In this document: positions 61,036-64,000 of the stretch, piece by piece
Numbering within the stretch: position 1 is the stretch's first letter
How the letters are laid out: each line of letters starts with the position of its first letter
Assembly: GCA_963777895.1 (NCBI GenBank)
Contig: CAVZSF010000005.1
Location: 219,725 to 283,724, forward strand
DNA from: an uncultured Thermoleophilia bacterium
GTDB taxonomy: Bacteria > Actinomycetota > Thermoleophilia > UBA2241
Reading direction: 5' to 3'
Length of the DNA stretch: 64,000 nucleotides
The notes under the pieces: model-generated
Database searches by the model: none
What the model saw: the letters and a program-made list of their open reading frames with translations, nothing else
Told to the model about the DNA's origin: nothing
Position numbers and translations under genes: made by a program

Positions 61036-62243
61036 CCACCTCGGGCGTCGCGCCCGGGCGGCCGCGCGGCCCGCACGTACCGCCGGGCATCTCGAGCGTC
61101 GCGAACGTCCCTCGACCATGCGCGCAGCCGGCGCACGGCCTGACGTCCGGGCCCGAAACGGAGCCTGAGCGCCGCGGCCAGGGGCGGACCGCTCCAGCGA
61201 CCAAGCGGCACGTATGCCTGTCGCAGGACCGTCCTGTCCGGGCGCCAGGCGGCCAGCCAGCCGGCGTCGCTGAGCTGGTCATAGCGCCTGATCTCGGGGT
61301 CCTGACAGCAGCGCTCGAGCGTGTGCGCGTGCAGCAGGTGGCCCGGGCTCAGCCGCGCGTAGTCCTCGTCGTAGCCGATCTTGAGGGCGGCGTACGACTC
61401 GCCTGCGCGGATGCAGAGCTCTGCCGCGATACAGCGGTCCTCGGCGAACAAGGCGTTGATCTCACAGCCGTCGCCGTGGCCGAAGTCGTGGGCCAGGGCA
61501 CGGTAAAACGCGAGGCGCGACAAATCCAGCCGGATCGCGCTGCCCGTGCCCCCCGTCCCCTTCCAGCCCGAGGCCTCGACGGTCAGGAAGGCCTCGAAGA
61601 GGGAGGCCGCCTCGTCACCGGCTGCGCTCTCGAACCGCACACCGGGCAACGCCCGTAGCCGGTTGCCGTAGTTGCGCAGCTGTTTGCGGAAGTGCTTCGA
61701 GAGCCGTCCCATGAGCTCGTCGAAGGGCAGCTCGCAATCGAAGACGAACGGCCGGGTCGGCACGTGGCTCGCGTAGCAGGGGCTGCCCAGCTCTGCCAGG
61801 CCGTCCCAGAGCACGGACCGGCGAGGGAGGGGGCCCAGCACGAGGAGCGGCGCTCCGGCGGCCCGGCGCCGGAGGTACCGGGCAAGCGCCGGCACGAGCG
61901 CCGCCCGCGCGTCGTCCTCAGGGCAGATCACATCGGAGAACGGCCAGTGGGGGCCGAACGGCGTCCCCCAGACTGGCAGGGGCACACCTAGGACCCGGTC
62001 GATGCGATGCTCGAGAGGGCAGATCGCTCTGGCCGCGTGCCCGTCGCTGAGCACGAGGCACCGGAACCGCTCGGGCGCCGGCATCAGGTGGTCGAGATAG
62101 GCCGCGTTGGCATCGAAGGTGTGGAAGGCGGTGCGCCGGTCCATCGCGGCGGAGAGCCGCCGCCAGTCAGTCTCCAGGCGTCTCAGCGCGTCGCGGCCGC
62201 CGTACTCGGCGATGGACCAGCGGGTGGACGCCGCCGCGGGCAC
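61032..62243 (-). CDS. CelD/BioF2-like GNAT-fold acyltransferase (FemAB-related Acetyltransf_6 type), copy 1
   Basis: W.RL....D....F......YL.H.....RFRCL.L.DG..ARAI.PLE; SKHFRKQLRNYGNRL; EASGWKG.GGT.SAI; KIGYDEDYARLSPG. The family call is from pattern memory. Confidence 0.55.
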   Translation of the reverse strand: MPAAASTRWSIAEYGGRDALRRLETDWRRLSAAMDRRTAFHTFDANAAYLDHLMPAPERFRCLVLSDGHAARAICPLEHRIDRVLGVPLPVWGTPFGPHWPFSDVICPEDDARAALVPALARYLRRRAAGAPLLVLGPLPRRSVLWDGLAELGSPCYASHVPTRPFVFDCELPFDELMGRLSKHFRKQLRNYGNRLRALPGVRFESAAGDEAASLFEAFLTVEASGWKGTGGTGSAIRLDLSRLAFYRALAHDFGHGDGCEINALFAEDRCIAAELCIRAGESYAALKIGYDEDYARLSPGHLLHAHTLERCCQDPEIRRYDQLSDAGWLAAWRPDRTVLRQAYVPLGRWSGPPLAAALRLRFGPGRQAVRRLRAWSRDVRDARDARRYVRAARPPGRDARGG

Positions 62244-62250
62244 GGCGCCG

Positions 62251-63501
62251 TCAGTCGCGGTCCGGCGCGGTGCTGCCCGAGCCGGCTTGGGCGTCGGGCG
62301 TGGGCGCCGCGTCTGCTCGGGTCTCTGGCCCGCCGGTCTGGCGCGAGGACGCGGAGCGCGAGGCCTGCCACGCCTCGTAGCGCGCCTTCGCCGCGCGGGC
62401 GGACCTGCGCCCGGGTCCGAAGCGGAAGCGCAGCAGAGCAGTCAGGGGGGCCCCCGACCAGCGTCCGAGGGCGACGTGGGCCTGGTGCAGGACGAGCTTG
62501 TCTGGATGCCAGTCATCCAGCCACCCGGCGCCGCTCATCATGTTGAACCACTTGACTCCGGGGTCCTGGCAGAGGCGCTCCAGTGTGGTCTCGAGGATCA
62601 ACTGGCCGGGGCCCAGCTTCGCGTACTCCTCGTCGTAGCCGATCTTGATGCGGGCGTACTCTGCCCCGGTGCGGATGCAGAACTCCGAGGCGATGCAGCG
62701 CCCATCCACGTGGAGCGTGTTGATCTCGCAGCGGTCGTCGTCGCTGAAGGTCCTGGCGAGGTCGCGGAAGAAGGCAGGCTGGTTCGGCTTGAAGCGGATC
62801 GCCGTTCTGGTGCCCTGCGCGCCCTTCCAGCCGGACGCCTCGATGTCGAGGAAGGGCTCGAAGGCCTCGTCGAGGGAAGCGTCGTCGGCGTTCGTGGCGA
62901 AGCGCACGTCCTCCAGCTTGTAGAGCTTCTTGCGATGGCTGCGCAGGTTCCGCCGGAAGTGCTTCTTGAGCCGTCCCATCAGGTCCTCGAACGACTGGCT
63001 GCAGTCGAACACGTCGATGCGGTGCGTGACCTGGGTGCAGCAGCGCAGGGGGTCGAGGTCGCGGACGCTACCCCAGAGCAGAGAGTCTTTGGGGACGGGG
63101 CCGAGCACGAGCAGCCGGCGGCCGTCGGGGCGCTCCCGCAGGTGCGCCACGACCGCCGGCGCCAGCGCTCGGCCCGCCTCCGGATCGGCGCAGACGGCGT
63201 CTCCCACCGGCGTGAGCAGGTGACGGGGTATGGCCCACGCCGGCAGGGGGATGCCCAGAGCTCTCTCTTGCCGCGCCTCGAGGGGGAGGATGGCGCGGAC
63301 CTGCGCGCCGTCGTGAAGCGCCAGACAGCGGAAGCGGTCGGGAGCCTTCATCAGATGCTCGAGGTAGGCGAGGTGCGCTTCGTAGAGGTGGGCGCTGTTC
63401 CGGCTCGGCATCGCCGCGTAGAGCCGCCGCCAGTCCGCCTCGACCTGCGCGAGGGCGCCGCGGCCGCCGTACTCGACGATGTTCCAGCGCGCTTCCGGCA
63501 T
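62251..63501 (-). CDS. CelD/BioF2-like GNAT-fold acyltransferase, copy 2 (tandem paralogue)
   Basis: Colinear with copy 1 (RWNIVEYGG, DRFRCLALHDG, KKHFRRNLRSHRKKL, EASGWKGAQGTRTAI, KIGYDEEYAKLGPG). The start is taken at the internal ATG 63501. Confidence 0.55.
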   Translation of the reverse strand: MPEARWNIVEYGGRGALAQVEADWRRLYAAMPSRNSAHLYEAHLAYLEHLMKAPDRFRCLALHDGAQVRAILPLEARQERALGIPLPAWAIPRHLLTPVGDAVCADPEAGRALAPAVVAHLRERPDGRRLLVLGPVPKDSLLWGSVRDLDPLRCCTQVTHRIDVFDCSQSFEDLMGRLKKHFRRNLRSHRKKLYKLEDVRFATNADDASLDEAFEPFLDIEASGWKGAQGTRTAIRFKPNQPAFFRDLARTFSDDDRCEINTLHVDGRCIASEFCIRTGAEYARIKIGYDEEYAKLGPGQLILETTLERLCQDPGVKWFNMMSGAGWLDDWHPDKLVLHQAHVALGRWSGAPLTALLRFRFGPGRRSARAAKARYEAWQASRSASSRQTGGPETRADAAPTPDAQAGSGSTAPDRD

Positions 63502-63749
63502 GGTCCTCTCTCGACGGGGCGGGACGGGGTCGCGCAAGGCGTGGCGCGACCCCTGCGAACGCAATACTAGGGCTTTGGCGGCGATGCCGGGAAATCCTGC
63601 GGCGGGACGGCGGCCGGTGGCCCTGCGATCAGCCGTCGTGCGATACTACTGTCGTCGGTGGCTCTCACCGCACTGCGGCGGACACGCGGCCGCTTGCGGC
63701 AGGAGTGCGCCGCGCGTTCGGCAGCAGTGGTGAGAGAGGGACGGGGCCC

Positions 63750-64000
63750 GTGGACTACCAGCGCTTTCTCGAGCGGGGCGCCGCCGTGCCTCCGGTCGTC
63801 GTGCTCGGCGTGTTCAACGGGCCCAACGAGATCGGCATCGCGCGCGATCTCGGGCGGCGCGGCATCCCGGTCCTCATCGTCGACAACAACCCGTCTGGCC
63901 TGCGGGTGCCGTCGCGCTTCGCCGCGAAGCGCCCCGTGCCCGACCCCCACCACGACGCCGCCGGCTTCCTCGTCGAGCTCGAGGGCATCGCTCGCGAGCT
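63750..64000 (+). CDS. ATP-grasp family protein (COG3919 / D-aspartate-ligase-like), 3' end cut by window edge
   Basis: Not in the ORF track because it runs off the window. My own translation from GTG 63750 gives VDYQRFLERGAAVPPVVVLGVFNGPNEIGIARDLGRRGIPVLIVDNNPSGLRVPSRFAAKRPVPDPHHDAAGFLVELEGIA. This resembles the pre-ATP-grasp N-terminus of that family. Confidence 0.45.
   Translation, partial: MDYQRFLERGAAVPPVVVLGVFNGPNEIGIARDLGRRGIPVLIVDNNPSGLRVPSRFAAKRPVPDPHHDAAGFLVELEGIARE

Larger units (their letters stand above)
61032..63501 (-). repeat. tandem gene duplication (two diverged CelD-like GNAT genes)
   Basis: Full-length colinearity. Roughly half of the residues are identical by eye (not computed). 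Confidence 0.55.

Overview
Very GC-rich bacterial chromosomal segment (roughly 70% by eye, not computed). The gene content and -10 boxes abutting start codons fit a high-GC Gram-positive or Actinomycetota-like lineage, but taxonomy cannot be proven from this window.

Layout:
- 1-11.1 kb: mixed housekeeping and signalling genes. These are a CCG-domain Fe-S protein, an HD-GYP phosphodiesterase translationally coupled to a LuxR-type response regulator, a disrupted formate dehydrogenase alpha gene, a rhomboid protease, a PHP phosphatase, a lipid kinase, a UDG-like protein, a Roadblock/LC7 pair and a degenerate GGDEF protein.
- 11.2-18.6 kb: arylpyruvate cluster (iorA, iorB, ACT, paaK, GNAT, tungsten-type aldehyde:ferredoxin oxidoreductase, class II aldolase).
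- 18.6-22.1 kb, minus strand: class A PBP, tatC, tatA.
- 22.5-37.3 kb: complex I operon with a non-canonical architecture, nuoA-B-C-D-H-[I(N-half)::E]-F(long HydB type)-[G(N-term)::GltD::I(C-half)]-J-K-L-M-N. I consider this the most interesting feature of the window.
- 37.4-64 kb: ymdB, then a large cell-surface polysaccharide locus. It holds a WbaP-type initiating transferase, a Wzy-like protein, a secreted discoidin/beta-helix protein, the Wzm/Wzt ABC exporter, several GT2/GT4 genes, two SDR epimerases, a three-gene UDP-2-acetamido-2,6-dideoxy-L-hexose module, tandem AsnB-like genes, a Wzc-type tyrosine kinase, tandem CelD/FemAB-like GNAT genes and an ATP-grasp gene.

No rRNA, tRNA, CRISPR array, transposase or integrase was recognised.

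Many reading frames are interrupted by single-base indels, often in G/C runs, and there are two in-frame TAG codons. The lesions are strongly clustered, with roughly 30 by eye in 49.2-53.3 kb. I use the type 'pseudogene' for interrupted frames without deciding between real decay and consensus error.
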